IMG/VR virus record: IMGVR_UViG_3300011008_000010
Coordinates: 32,001 to 96,000 of that record
Length of the DNA stretch: 64,000 nt
DNA from: a virus
Lineage: Duplodnaviria; Caudoviricetes
Strand: one strand, 5' to 3'
Below are positions 9,488 to 19,296 of the stretch, piece after piece; position 1 is the first letter of the stretch, and every line of letters begins with the position of its first letter. Under the pieces are notes generated by a model that was not told the origin of the DNA, did no database searches, and saw only the letters and a list, made by a program, of their open reading frames with translations. The position numbers and the translations under genes were made by a program.

Positions 9488-9891
9488 AGCATTTAATAAG
9501 ATTTTTATGGTGCAGAGGTGAGAGGTGAGGATACAAAAAGCCAATCTGTGCGAAAAGAGGATAGAGAATAGAGAGGTCCTGCTTTAGTGGACGATTCAAA
9601 ATAAAGCGGTGCGTCACGTATGACGAACGTGTGTCCGTATAGCATTCAAGAGAACGGCCTTGCTACCGTGAGGATGCGAAAAACTATCTGTAAGAGATAG
9701 ACCATAGACCGTGATAGCAATAGTCGGTGATTTACAGATGTGTGCCGGAGTTGGGCAAGGATGCCACCTTTAAGGTTTAGCAAGTGCATCGAAGCGGTTT
9801 CAAGGCACATAGAAACAAAAAACGCAATTTTTGTATTTATAGACGCTGATTTGTGGAAAAATCACATCTATAGAAACAGAAATGTAAATAA

Positions 9892-9962
9892 TGGGCGTTA
9901 GTTCAGCAGTAGAACGGAAGTCTTATAAACTTCTAAGAGGTGTGCAACTCACCTACGCCCGA
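9892..9962 (+). tRNA. tRNA-Ile (anticodon TAT)
   Basis: acceptor TGGGCGT/ACGCCCG, D-arm GTTC/GAAC, anticodon arm GAAGT-CTTATAA-ACTTC, T-arm AGGTG-TGCAACT-CACCT; no encoded CCA. Confidence 0.8.
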
Positions 9963-10019
9963 TGCGCTCATACTACTACCCTAACTGGTTTTATGAGTTT
10001 CCTTGGATCCGAGGTGGTT

Positions 10020-10090
10020 TGCGTGGTAGCTCAGTTGGCTAGAGAGCACGATATATCGTGAGGTCGCAGGTTCGAGTCCTGCCCATGCTA
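10020..10090 (+). tRNA. tRNA-like element/pseudo-tRNA with collapsed anticodon loop
   Basis: TAGCTCAGTTGG D-region and canonical GCAGG-TTCGAGT-CCTGC T-arm, but the anticodon arm is CACGA-TATA-TCGTG (4-nt loop). Confidence 0.65.
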
Positions 10091-10375
10091 TTTAAATATT
10101 TCATGTTTCGTGGCCGTGCGGTACGGTCAGGAGAATGCATAATAAGGGAATTCCTCACACCTTTCTTTTTCCCCGCGTTCCCGCATAATATACCGCAAAT
10201 GTGCGCATCGGTATTTTGGGTGTTATATCACGTAGGCTCGCGATAAGAGCATGGTAAACGCGCACATGGCGAAATCTGTGAAATTCAGAGCTTCGGATGC
10301 TTATTCTCCTCTTTTAAACCGAAACCGTTAAAGCCGGGGTTATGGAAATTTTATAAAGAGATATATAATTCTTCG

Positions 10376-10405
10376 TTGACTTCTTTTTCTTTTTCGTGAT
10401 ATAAT
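10376..10405 (+). promoter_or_regulatory. sigmaA-type promoter with extended -10
   Basis: TTGACT-18 nt-TATAAT with TG-n upstream of the -10. Confidence 0.65.
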
Positions 10406-11027
10406 TTCCATCGGCGATAAGAGGATTCTTACGTTTTAGAGAAATGGATGTCTCTGTTTCAAACGCAGGTTGTAACCAAAGAGGTCGGCCAGGGTCGATT
10501 CGGAGAGAGACAACCGAAATAAACAGCCTGTATGAGCATTGTTGGAAACAATAATGCGGCTGTAGCCCAAAGCAGTTCTGGCAAGTCCGTCCTTGCAGAC
10601 GGTGAGCAAGGTAAGTCCTGTGTGGGAACGCAGGCGCGGGGAGTTTATCCAGTTTACCATAACAAACTGGCATCATACGGAGTAGCACACGGGTATCCGC
10701 TCGGCGTCGTGAAAGAGCGTATGAAAGAATCATTAAACATGTAGCCATAACCAGGAAAATTGTGAAACTTAAAAACGAAACGCGTTGATATCCTAGGGTT
10801 TTTGATCGGGGACGCAATTTAGATGGTTATGAGGAAGAGCGCGTTCTTCCCCCATATTTCAAAAAATATGGAAGCACAGCTTCTTCTTTTGCACATTGAG
10901 AACAAGGAAAAGGTTTCGAGCGAAAGCTTCCTGCACAATCAAGCTTATGCCTGTTGATGTGAGGAGGCTTATTGGTCGTAAGTGGAATAAAAGGATTAAC
11001 AGTCTGTCGTATAAAGAGGTATTGACA

Positions 11028-13757
11028 ATGGCTCTGTCAACACAGTATTTCTCCTATTCCGTATCGACCGGAGACTTCGACACGCCGGAAGAACGGGAAT
11101 TATACAACAAGATGATGTTGAATAAAAGGAGAAATAAGGGATTAGCGGATATAAAGGACCGGATGATCAAAGAAGGTCGTGCGGTACGAGGATTTAAAGG
11201 GAATAAAAAAGACAAAGAAGAACTTAAGCGGGCTGTCATTGAAAAGTACAAGGCAGTTGCAAAAGAACGAAGTTTTTCAAAACGCGCCGCAGAATACAAA
11301 GAAATGTATTCAGAGGCGTTAAAGGCGTGTACAGAAGTAAGATCTCTTTCTCCCGGTTCAATCTGTGAATATAATCAAATTTCTTTGTTTGAATCAATTC
11401 TTTCAAAGACTCTTGGGATTAAACCTAATGAAACAACAATGGATCTGATTACGGTTCAGGTATATTTCTATACAACAATGGAACAACTTATCAAGAGAGG
11501 TTTTACTTTAAACGGTGAAAAATACCAATACTATACTTCTTCTGCTGCTGCGATTCGTTTGAAAAAGGGTATGTTTATTAAGTCTTCAACTTATGAAAAA
11601 CATAAAATGGCTTTGACTTGTGGCATGCCGGTTGAAGAGATTAATAAACGTGCCCAGATTAACGCCACAAAGTTTTTGGCTTATACTGCTCTTCCGTCTT
11701 CTGCCGTTGATATCTGGCCTACGGATTTTGTTGAAGCTTTAAGGATGGGAATGGGTTCTTTTAATATCCGCAGATGCATTGTTGTTCCGGATTATGAAGT
11801 AACGGTCAGAGGCGTTGTCGATCATCTTGACAACGAAACTTATGCAATCACCCGTCAGGAGATGGATGTTGCTTTTGACAGAGTGGACGGATGTGGGATG
11901 GTTTTGCCCAGAGTGAGTGATAAGAATTTTGTTTTTCGTGCGCCTTGGATGAAGGGGCTTCTTTGCAGTTTTGATTTTTTGAGGTTCATTGAAGAGAACT
12001 ACGCTTCTCCGAAGATTGTTGATTATTGGGGAAAAGAATGGGACGTCATAGAGGATGATATTGAAGTTATCTTTACGGACTCTATGCTGAAGCTTGCAAA
12101 ATGTTACAAGAGCTGGGACGAGTATTGTACAAATTTTGAAAAGTATGGTTGTCTTGCCGGTATTGCAAATATGGAAGGTCCGAAACCGTTAAAGGCCAGA
12201 TATAATTATCAGTATCTGCAATCTCTTACTGATATGACAGATGATGAGATTCGGATTTTGACCATGCAGTCTAATACGACGCTTAGAGAGTTGTCGAGCG
12301 ATAAAGAAACGATGCTTCGTGTTCTTGGTGCGACAGATTATAATATGAACCGGACTCCTTGGCAGAACGCGTTGGCTTTGTATCCGGAACTGTTAAAGGA
12401 TGAATATGCAAAGAAAAAATTGAGAGACGCGAAAAACAGTTTGGTTAAGAAATTTAAAAGCGCAAAGCTTGAATCCAGAGGGTTTTTTACTTTTGTCATT
12501 CCGGATCTTTATGCGTTTTGCGAACATTTGTTCCTTGGAGAAGAAACGCCAAAGGGATTATTACATGCGAACCAATGTTCGTGTAGGCTGCTCTCTCACT
12601 CTGACGAATTGGTTGCTATGAGAAGTCCTGCTCTATATAGAGAACAGGTATTGTTAAAAAATATTTACAGAGACGATCCGAGAATACAGGATTATTTTGA
12701 TACGGACGCAATCTATATTTCCAATCATGATATGTTGGCCAGAGTGGTTCAATTAGATTATGATGGAGACAGGCTTATGGTAACTGCCGATCCAACATTT
12801 AGAGAGGTCGTAAAGCGCAATTGGAGAAACGATGATGTGGTTCCTCTGTATTTTGATTTAAAACACGCAGAGGGCGTCGAATTGAATTCTGAAAACATAT
12901 GGATTGCTTTACAGAGGGCATTTCAGGCAAATAAGATTGGAGTTTATGCGAATCTTATTACTAAAGCATGGAACAGCGCAGAGGATTGGCTTAGTATGTC
13001 TTCTGAAGACAGGCAATTAATTTTAGACGTGGTAAAGTATTTGACACTTGAAGAAAATATCAATATTGACAGTGCAAAGTCCGGATATAATATGACCAGA
13101 ACAAGCGAGGTTGATAAAAAAATAAAAGACTGTATCGGAGGCAAGAAGGTTCCGTATTTCTTTAAATATGCAAAAGACAGGGCTGACGAACAGGTTGAGG
13201 AGTGGAATGCCAGCGTTATCAATCGTATCGGATCTGCAATCATTAACCCTCGTATTAAGTTTACGGCTGAAAATCTTGGGAAATTAGATTGGCGTGTGTT
13301 GGTGAGTAATCCGAACATACGTGTAGAAAATGATGTGGTGAACGTATATTCGAATGCGGTTAGAGGGTCTCATATCAGACTAACTCCACCCAAGTCCGAT
13401 TATGGTAACGCCGAAACTAATTATTATGCTGCTATCAAAAATTTACAGGACGAGATCAAAGAAAGTCTTCCGGAATATTCCTGGCAGGACATATGCGATA
13501 TGGTATTCAAGTATTTATATTACATTCGCAAGAATGTTGTTCGAAAAGATTTTGCCTGGGCTGTATTTGGGGACGTAATCGTAGAAAACATCCGAAAGAA
13601 AGTGCCGAAGGAGTCTGTACAGTGCGAGGTTTGCGGTACAAGATTTATTCCACAGACGGCGAGCTCTCATCAAAAGTATTGCGAGCATTGTGCAAGGGAT
13701 GTTCGACGCGCAAAAAACAGGGAATACAAGAGAAAAATGAGGGCTAAACTTTTGTAG
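11028..13757 (+). CDS. YonO-like single-subunit double-psi-barrel RNA polymerase
   Basis: DGCGM, RAPWMKGLL, MRSP and catalytic DYDGD motifs; C-terminal CxxC..CxxC; ATG 11028 follows GAGGT (track start 10896 probably too long); lies upstream of the virion genes as in SPbeta. Confidence 0.85.
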   Translation: MALSTQYFSYSVSTGDFDTPEERELYNKMMLNKRRNKGLADIKDRMIKEGRAVRGFKGNKKDKEELKRAVIEKYKAVAKERSFSKRAAEYKEMYSEALKACTEVRSLSPGSICEYNQISLFESILSKTLGIKPNETTMDLITVQVYFYTTMEQLIKRGFTLNGEKYQYYTSSAAAIRLKKGMFIKSSTYEKHKMALTCGMPVEEINKRAQINATKFLAYTALPSSAVDIWPTDFVEALRMGMGSFNIRRCIVVPDYEVTVRGVVDHLDNETYAITRQEMDVAFDRVDGCGMVLPRVSDKNFVFRAPWMKGLLCSFDFLRFIEENYASPKIVDYWGKEWDVIEDDIEVIFTDSMLKLAKCYKSWDEYCTNFEKYGCLAGIANMEGPKPLKARYNYQYLQSLTDMTDDEIRILTMQSNTTLRELSSDKETMLRVLGATDYNMNRTPWQNALALYPELLKDEYAKKKLRDAKNSLVKKFKSAKLESRGFFTFVIPDLYAFCEHLFLGEETPKGLLHANQCSCRLLSHSDELVAMRSPALYREQVLLKNIYRDDPRIQDYFDTDAIYISNHDMLARVVQLDYDGDRLMVTADPTFREVVKRNWRNDDVVPLYFDLKHAEGVELNSENIWIALQRAFQANKIGVYANLITKAWNSAEDWLSMSSEDRQLILDVVKYLTLEENINIDSAKSGYNMTRTSEVDKKIKDCIGGKKVPYFFKYAKDRADEQVEEWNASVINRIGSAIINPRIKFTAENLGKLDWRVLVSNPNIRVENDVVNVYSNAVRGSHIRLTPPKSDYGNAETNYYAAIKNLQDEIKESLPEYSWQDICDMVFKYLYYIRKNVVRKDFAWAVFGDVIVENIRKKVPKESVQCEVCGTRFIPQTASSHQKYCEHCARDVRRAKNREYKRKMRAKLL

Positions 13758-13987
13758 CTTTAAAGGCGATATATAAATTAGTAGTGTCAGCATTCGACTT
13801 TATGTTCGATTGTCTTAAAATCCCATAAAATCAAGCATTTCTAAATCTTGTATGATAGAGTTTCTAATACACAACATCTTGAAACCCAATAATTTCAATC
13901 ATTTTGAATGTTTTTTATTTTACGCTTTATGGAGACCTTTTTTTGTCTCCGTGGATTAAAAGGTAAAAAGGTTAGAAAGGATCTTCT

Positions 13988-15457
13988 ATGGCGGTATTAA
14001 TCACGGAAGAAGGGGCGAGAAAAACTCGGAAAACAACTACAAGTGAAAAAGATGTTTACCGATGTTTTTATTGCGATAAAAAGCAACACAAAACTGCTTT
14101 TTATAAACACGAGGTTCATTACAACAAGGCAAGTATTACTCCTATTTGCAAAAAATGTGCAAATGAAATTGCTAACAGGGTTGAATATGGCATATCTCAG
14201 GGCATGACTATGGAAAGCATGCTATTCGCACTCAGGCTTATGGATAAACCGTTTATACGTTCGGTATTTGAAGATGCGGATATGGCAGCTAAAGACCCAA
14301 ATATGGACGCACGACATACAAGAACCACTTTTGGAAACTATATGGCAATTTTGGCAAGGACCAGATATGCAAATGGAACGTGGGATGATACGGAAGCTCG
14401 TACAGTCAGAGATCTCGAAGAGGTTAGAGAAGGTTTCAACGCAAATAAAAATCTCCCTCAAGCGGAATTAGATGAAATAACTGCTGAGATGGATATTAAC
14501 AGAGCAGATTGTATTAGATTAATTGGATACGATCCGTTTGCCAATGAGTCTGAAGAAGACAAACCATTGCTTTATGCGCAGATGATTAAGTATCTTGACT
14601 CCTCTCCGGAATCTAACGAAGACGCCATGAAGGTATCTTCTATCATTCAGATTGTAAAAGCATATCATCAGGCAGGTAAAATTGATGACGTTATTTCTAA
14701 AATCACATCCGATCCTGGTAAATTATTGGATAATGCCGGTACGTTAAAAAATCTTCATGCAACACAGAAGACTTTAATGGATACGGCGTTATCTTTAGCT
14801 AAAGATAATGGGATTTCATTTGCTCACAACACAAATAATTCAAAAGGTGCAAATACATTATCCGGCAAATTGAAGAAAATGAAAGAACTTGATCTTAGAG
14901 AGATTGAAGTAAATGGTTTTGATATCGGTACGGCAGCCGGTATCAAGATGGTTTCAGATATTTCCACTGCTTCCATCCTTGATCAGATAAGAATTAATGA
15001 GAATGACATTCCCGAAATGATCGCAGATCAAAGAGTTTTGATTGAAAAATGGGAGCGCGTTGCTTATAAAGCTTCTGAACAAGCCAGGATTCTTTTAAGA
15101 GAAAACCAAGACCTGAAAGAATATTTACGTTCGATTGGAAAAGAAGATGTTGTAAAGAACAGGGCGTTTCTTCTTGATGACGAAGGAGGAGTAAACGATC
15201 CGGATATTTACGAAAACGAATTCCAACAGTCGATGCGTGAAAATGACCAGGGAGATATTTGGACATTAGAAGAAGATGAAAATGCTGAAGAAGTATTGGG
15301 ACAAGACAGGATTGATGTTGAGTTTATTGAGGAAGATGTTGATGAAGACGATGACTTCGAAGTAGACCCGGAAGACATCGATGATCAAAATGAGGAGGGG
15401 CAGGATGCCGGATCCGAAGAAAATATCGGAACAGAAAAGTCCGGTGTTGATTCCTAA
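13988..15457 (+). CDS. zinc-finger protein upstream of terL, probable terminase small subunit
   Basis: CxxC...FY...PICKKC motif, acidic tail, overlaps terL. Confidence 0.55.
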   Translation: MAVLITEEGARKTRKTTTSEKDVYRCFYCDKKQHKTAFYKHEVHYNKASITPICKKCANEIANRVEYGISQGMTMESMLFALRLMDKPFIRSVFEDADMAAKDPNMDARHTRTTFGNYMAILARTRYANGTWDDTEARTVRDLEEVREGFNANKNLPQAELDEITAEMDINRADCIRLIGYDPFANESEEDKPLLYAQMIKYLDSSPESNEDAMKVSSIIQIVKAYHQAGKIDDVISKITSDPGKLLDNAGTLKNLHATQKTLMDTALSLAKDNGISFAHNTNNSKGANTLSGKLKKMKELDLREIEVNGFDIGTAAGIKMVSDISTASILDQIRINENDIPEMIADQRVLIEKWERVAYKASEQARILLRENQDLKEYLRSIGKEDVVKNRAFLLDDEGGVNDPDIYENEFQQSMRENDQGDIWTLEEDENAEEVLGQDRIDVEFIEEDVDEDDDFEVDPEDIDDQNEEGQDAGSEENIGTEKSGVDS

Positions 15458-17426
15458 AAACTATTACGTCTTCAACAAACCAACCGATCTTGAAATATCC
15501 CAAAAAAAATATGATTCGTACAAAAGGTTCTGTGAGATTATCCAGGCAGGCAGAAAAAATCCTGTTTGGTTTGCAGAAACTTTTTTAGGTGTAACGCTGT
15601 TAGATAATCAGAAATATGTCTTTATGCGTTCGTGGAATACACAGTTTTGCATTTGGCTGGAATCAAGAGCAATTGGTAAAACAACTCTTGGTGCAATTTT
15701 TTTAATGTCCAAATGTTTGCTGTTTAATGACTATAAATCTGTTATCAGTTCCGGTACGGCGGCACAGTCTATTGAAACCTACAAGAAGATTGAGGATATT
15801 GCAAAGAACAATATTACGTCTTTTACGGGCGTGACAGATATTTTTGCAGGCGAAGTAATTAGACATGCCGCGAACTCGGATGGTTTCATTCACAATCCTG
15901 CTTCATTTACGTTTCAATTGTATAACGGTTCAAACGTAAGAACAATCAACAGTTCTGTTGATACGCAACGTGGTAAGAGAGCCAATCTTGTATTTTTTGA
16001 TGAAGCAGGTTGGTTATCAGAAGAAGTGCTAACTGTTATTGGCGCTTATACGACAAACAGCTCAGATTTTAAACTTGGTGGCGCTCTGGATGTTAGAACG
16101 CTTCCAAAGGAAATACCGAATCAGATTATTATCGCTTCTTCTGCGTCCTCTGTTGATACCGAGTTATACATAAGGTATCGGGATTATTCAAAAAAGATGC
16201 TTTTGGGCGACAGCAGATATTTCGTTGCTGATTTAAACTGTGATGTTGCAATTAATGCGACTTATATGGGGAAAAAGTATCCCGTATCTCTTTTGACCCA
16301 AGAAACGGTTGATTCTGAATTAAGAGCAAATCCATATAAGGCAAATCGGGAGTATTATAACCGGTTTACACAGGATGGTGGCGAGAACCAAATCATTAGA
16401 CGTGAATGGGTAACAAGAAATTGTGTTACTGCTCCTCCGATTTTAGAAAGCGATGGAGAAGATAGTGAATTTGTGTTTACTTACGATAGCGCAAGAATGG
16501 TGGACAATTCGTTCATTCTGATCGGAAAGTTTGTTTATGATAAAGCAAAAGGATGGACGATGTTCTTATGCAACGGAATTAACTTTGCTGATGTCGGGTT
16601 AAGAAATAAGTCTCCTATGCGCATGCCTGAGCAGATGGATTTTATCAGAGAATTGCTTTTGGCATATAATGGGAAATCTTTAGACTATGAAAAAATCACA
16701 ATGTATTCTGATGCGGGAGCCGGTGGTGGAGGCACAATTATTCCGGATTATCTGATTGAGCCTTGGAAAGACAAGGTTGGGATCGAACATCCTGGCATCG
16801 TCGATGATGAATATAGCAAAGAACAGTTAGATAAATTCCCAAGTGCAAAGAGAGTTTTGCATGTAATGCCTCCGAGTGCATATAAATCAGAGTTTTATGA
16901 AGCCTTGATTCAATGTGTACAGAATGACTGGTTTGTGTTTACGGAAGAATATAATCAGCATGGGTTTTTAAACATTGTTGATGTTAATCAGGCACATATA
17001 GACAAAGTAAGAACCAAGTTAAAAAAGCAAGGAAAGTCTGACGAATTTATTTCCAAGTATCTTAAGAAATTAAACACCGCAAGTACAAGCATAAGAAAGT
17101 TGACGCCGGAAGAAGAGATTTCTCTTAATCAATTAGATATGTTAAAAGAAGAAATTGTAAATATCTGCCGGTACAAAACAGAAAGTGCAAAAGACAGATT
17201 TGCATTACCTGCGCATAAGAATGCTGATTCTGGAATTAACCACAGCAACAATACTTTGCATGATGACAGAGCTTATTGTGCTGCTATGATGGCATATGCT
17301 CTTTTGCAAAAAAGAAACAGAGATCGTCTAAGCAAGTATGACAAAGAAAAAGATATGACGCCCGTACAACTTCTTAGTTCAACGCTTAAGAAGAAAACGT
17401 TGGCGTCGTTTAAAAGCATTGGCTGA
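15405..17426 (+). CDS. terL: terminase large subunit
   Basis: Walker A SRAIGKTT, Walker B VFFDEAG, motif III IIASSAS, nuclease residues YDSAR and HDDR; ATG 15405 after GAGGAGG. Confidence 0.92.
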   Translation: MPDPKKISEQKSPVLIPKNYYVFNKPTDLEISQKKYDSYKRFCEIIQAGRKNPVWFAETFLGVTLLDNQKYVFMRSWNTQFCIWLESRAIGKTTLGAIFLMSKCLLFNDYKSVISSGTAAQSIETYKKIEDIAKNNITSFTGVTDIFAGEVIRHAANSDGFIHNPASFTFQLYNGSNVRTINSSVDTQRGKRANLVFFDEAGWLSEEVLTVIGAYTTNSSDFKLGGALDVRTLPKEIPNQIIIASSASSVDTELYIRYRDYSKKMLLGDSRYFVADLNCDVAINATYMGKKYPVSLLTQETVDSELRANPYKANREYYNRFTQDGGENQIIRREWVTRNCVTAPPILESDGEDSEFVFTYDSARMVDNSFILIGKFVYDKAKGWTMFLCNGINFADVGLRNKSPMRMPEQMDFIRELLLAYNGKSLDYEKITMYSDAGAGGGGTIIPDYLIEPWKDKVGIEHPGIVDDEYSKEQLDKFPSAKRVLHVMPPSAYKSEFYEALIQCVQNDWFVFTEEYNQHGFLNIVDVNQAHIDKVRTKLKKQGKSDEFISKYLKKLNTASTSIRKLTPEEEISLNQLDMLKEEIVNICRYKTESAKDRFALPAHKNADSGINHSNNTLHDDRAYCAAMMAYALLQKRNRDRLSKYDKEKDMTPVQLLSSTLKKKTLASFKSIG

Positions 17427-17438
17427 TGGAGGAGCGAC

Positions 17439-19055
17439 ATGCCGAAAAAAGTGAATACGGAAGCGTCTGCTCCGGAAAAGAGAAAAAGAAAATATAACAG
17501 AAAGAAAAAGGAACAACTTGATGTCGAGGCAATTGCCGCTGAATTTGCAAAAAGAGAAGTAGAAAGAGAAAGAGAATTTTTTAAAAAAAACAAACCTCTC
17601 GATCAATTGCAGTTTAGAGACTTTACAAAAACACCATCAAGAACATTTCAGATTTTTTCGAAAGAAAGATTGCGCACTTATATGCGCAACCCTGTTTCGC
17701 AGGAAGCGAATATCAGAAATCTTTCAAGGTTTTTGTATCGGGTGTCTTATCCTTACAGAAGAATTGTTCATTATTTTGCAGAGATGTTTGATTCAACTGC
17801 TTACACCGCTGTTCCAAAGGGCGTAAGCATGTTAAAGAAGCCTTCTGATAAAAAGGTTATTAAAGATTATGAGCAGGTGATTGCGGAATTAGAAAAAATG
17901 AATATGCCAATGCAGATATTTAAGATGCTTGTTATAGCATGGAGAGAAGATATTGTATATGGCTATACATATGAAAATGATTCTGCGTTCTTTTTAATGC
18001 CGCTCGATCCGGACTATTGCAGAATATCATCTTACAACTATGATGGTACGATTAATTTTGCATACGATTTTGCTTATTTTGACGCTTATCCGGATGATCT
18101 TGAATGGTGGGATTCCGAGTTTAAAGAGAAATATAATAAGTGGAAAAATGGTACGGAAGAGCAATGGCAACAGTTGGATGCAAATAAAACGTTTTGCTTA
18201 AAGATCAATATGGACGATCTTGGGTTGATTCTGCCCCCATTCGTTGCGTTGTTTGAACCAATTATTGATTTAATTGATTTACAGAGCATTGAGGCTGTTA
18301 AAGAAGCGCTGAGTGCGTACAAGCTTGTTTATATGACGGCAGAAACATTGGAACGCGCAGAAAGACCGAATCAGTTTAAAGTTGATCTGGATATGGCGGT
18401 TGCATATTATAAAAAGTTTAAAGACAGCCTTCCCGATGAGGTTGCTTCCGGCATTTCATTATTGCCAATTGATACAGTTGACTTTAAGGGGACAACGCCA
18501 GAAGACACAAATATGATCTCCAATTCAATGGCAAATCTTTTCCAGAATGGCGGCGTGTCTCAAATTCTTGATCGTAAAAATATGTCCGGTGCAGTTCCGT
18601 TTACTGCCGCAATGATTAGTGACACGATGTATGCTCTTCGCCCGCTTCTTCCTCAGATTGAAGCCTGGGTGAACAGATACATTAACTATTCGTTGAATGG
18701 TGCGAGTACGCGTATTAAGTATTTGATGGTAAGTCCGTATACTAAGCAGACATACAAAGAAAGCGTTGTTAATGCTGCACAGTATGGCGTTCCGGTCAAG
18801 TTACAGATTGCTGCAATGCACAGCACAGATCCATTAGAGTCATATCAAACGCAATATCTTGAGAATGGAATTCTTAAGTGCCACAGCGAATGGATTCCTC
18901 TTCTGTCTTCGTTTACGCAATCTTCTACCGCAAGGACAGACGAGCAGATCAAAAATATTACAGGAGAAGGATCCGAAGAAAAGACTGACGAAAATATTTC
19001 TGAAGAAGACAAATCTGATGACAAGGACGAAGAAGGAGATAATGTTGCTGAATGA
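17439..19055 (+). CDS. portal protein
   Basis: follows terL; 538 aa; LDPDYCRI and C-terminal PLxSSFTQS motifs as recalled for SPbeta-like portals. Confidence 0.8.
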   Translation: MPKKVNTEASAPEKRKRKYNRKKKEQLDVEAIAAEFAKREVEREREFFKKNKPLDQLQFRDFTKTPSRTFQIFSKERLRTYMRNPVSQEANIRNLSRFLYRVSYPYRRIVHYFAEMFDSTAYTAVPKGVSMLKKPSDKKVIKDYEQVIAELEKMNMPMQIFKMLVIAWREDIVYGYTYENDSAFFLMPLDPDYCRISSYNYDGTINFAYDFAYFDAYPDDLEWWDSEFKEKYNKWKNGTEEQWQQLDANKTFCLKINMDDLGLILPPFVALFEPIIDLIDLQSIEAVKEALSAYKLVYMTAETLERAERPNQFKVDLDMAVAYYKKFKDSLPDEVASGISLLPIDTVDFKGTTPEDTNMISNSMANLFQNGGVSQILDRKNMSGAVPFTAAMISDTMYALRPLLPQIEAWVNRYINYSLNGASTRIKYLMVSPYTKQTYKESVVNAAQYGVPVKLQIAAMHSTDPLESYQTQYLENGILKCHSEWIPLLSSFTQSSTARTDEQIKNITGEGSEEKTDENISEEDKSDDKDEEGDNVAE

Positions 19056-19291
19056 AACAATTAATGCTGTTCACAAAAAATGAAACGACTGCAAATCATT
19101 TAATCGAACAAGGCTTTCCTCTTGTAAACAAGACCATTGATGGTTGGACGTTTATGAATTTTACAGACAAAAATGCTTCTATGTCTGAAGAAGATAAAGC
19201 CAATGTTGTTGTTACGGATCGGTTATGCATGTCAGCAACCTCACGCCTAAAGGCAGAGGTTTCCAGAAATGCTAAATCTGATGAGGTCTAG
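19052..19291 (+). CDS. small protein between portal and protease
   Basis: ATGA overlap with the portal stop; 3' end contains an IS605-end-like hairpin. Confidence 0.7.
   Translation: MKQLMLFTKNETTANHLIEQGFPLVNKTIDGWTFMNFTDKNASMSEEDKANVVVTDRLCMSATSRLKAEVSRNAKSDEV
19231..19264 (-). mobile_element. IS200/IS605 end-like palindromic remnant
   Basis: GTCAGCAACCTCACGCC-TAAA-GGCAGAGGTTTCC resembles the reverse complement of an IS605-type end (hairpin with TTTA loop, terminal TGAC). Confidence 0.45.
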
Positions 19292-19296
19292 GAATT

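Noticed and set aside
10556-10625. Third tRNA gene
   Set aside because: GCGGCTGTAGCCCAA start and a CCGTC/GACGG stem, but a 6-nt loop and no T-arm or acceptor 3' strand
9490-10890. tmRNA, RNase P RNA or hammerhead ribozyme
   Set aside because: I could not find their diagnostic terminal or core motifs
15405-17426. Intein in the terminase
   Set aside because: No C/S...HN splice motifs or LAGLIDADG blocks seen
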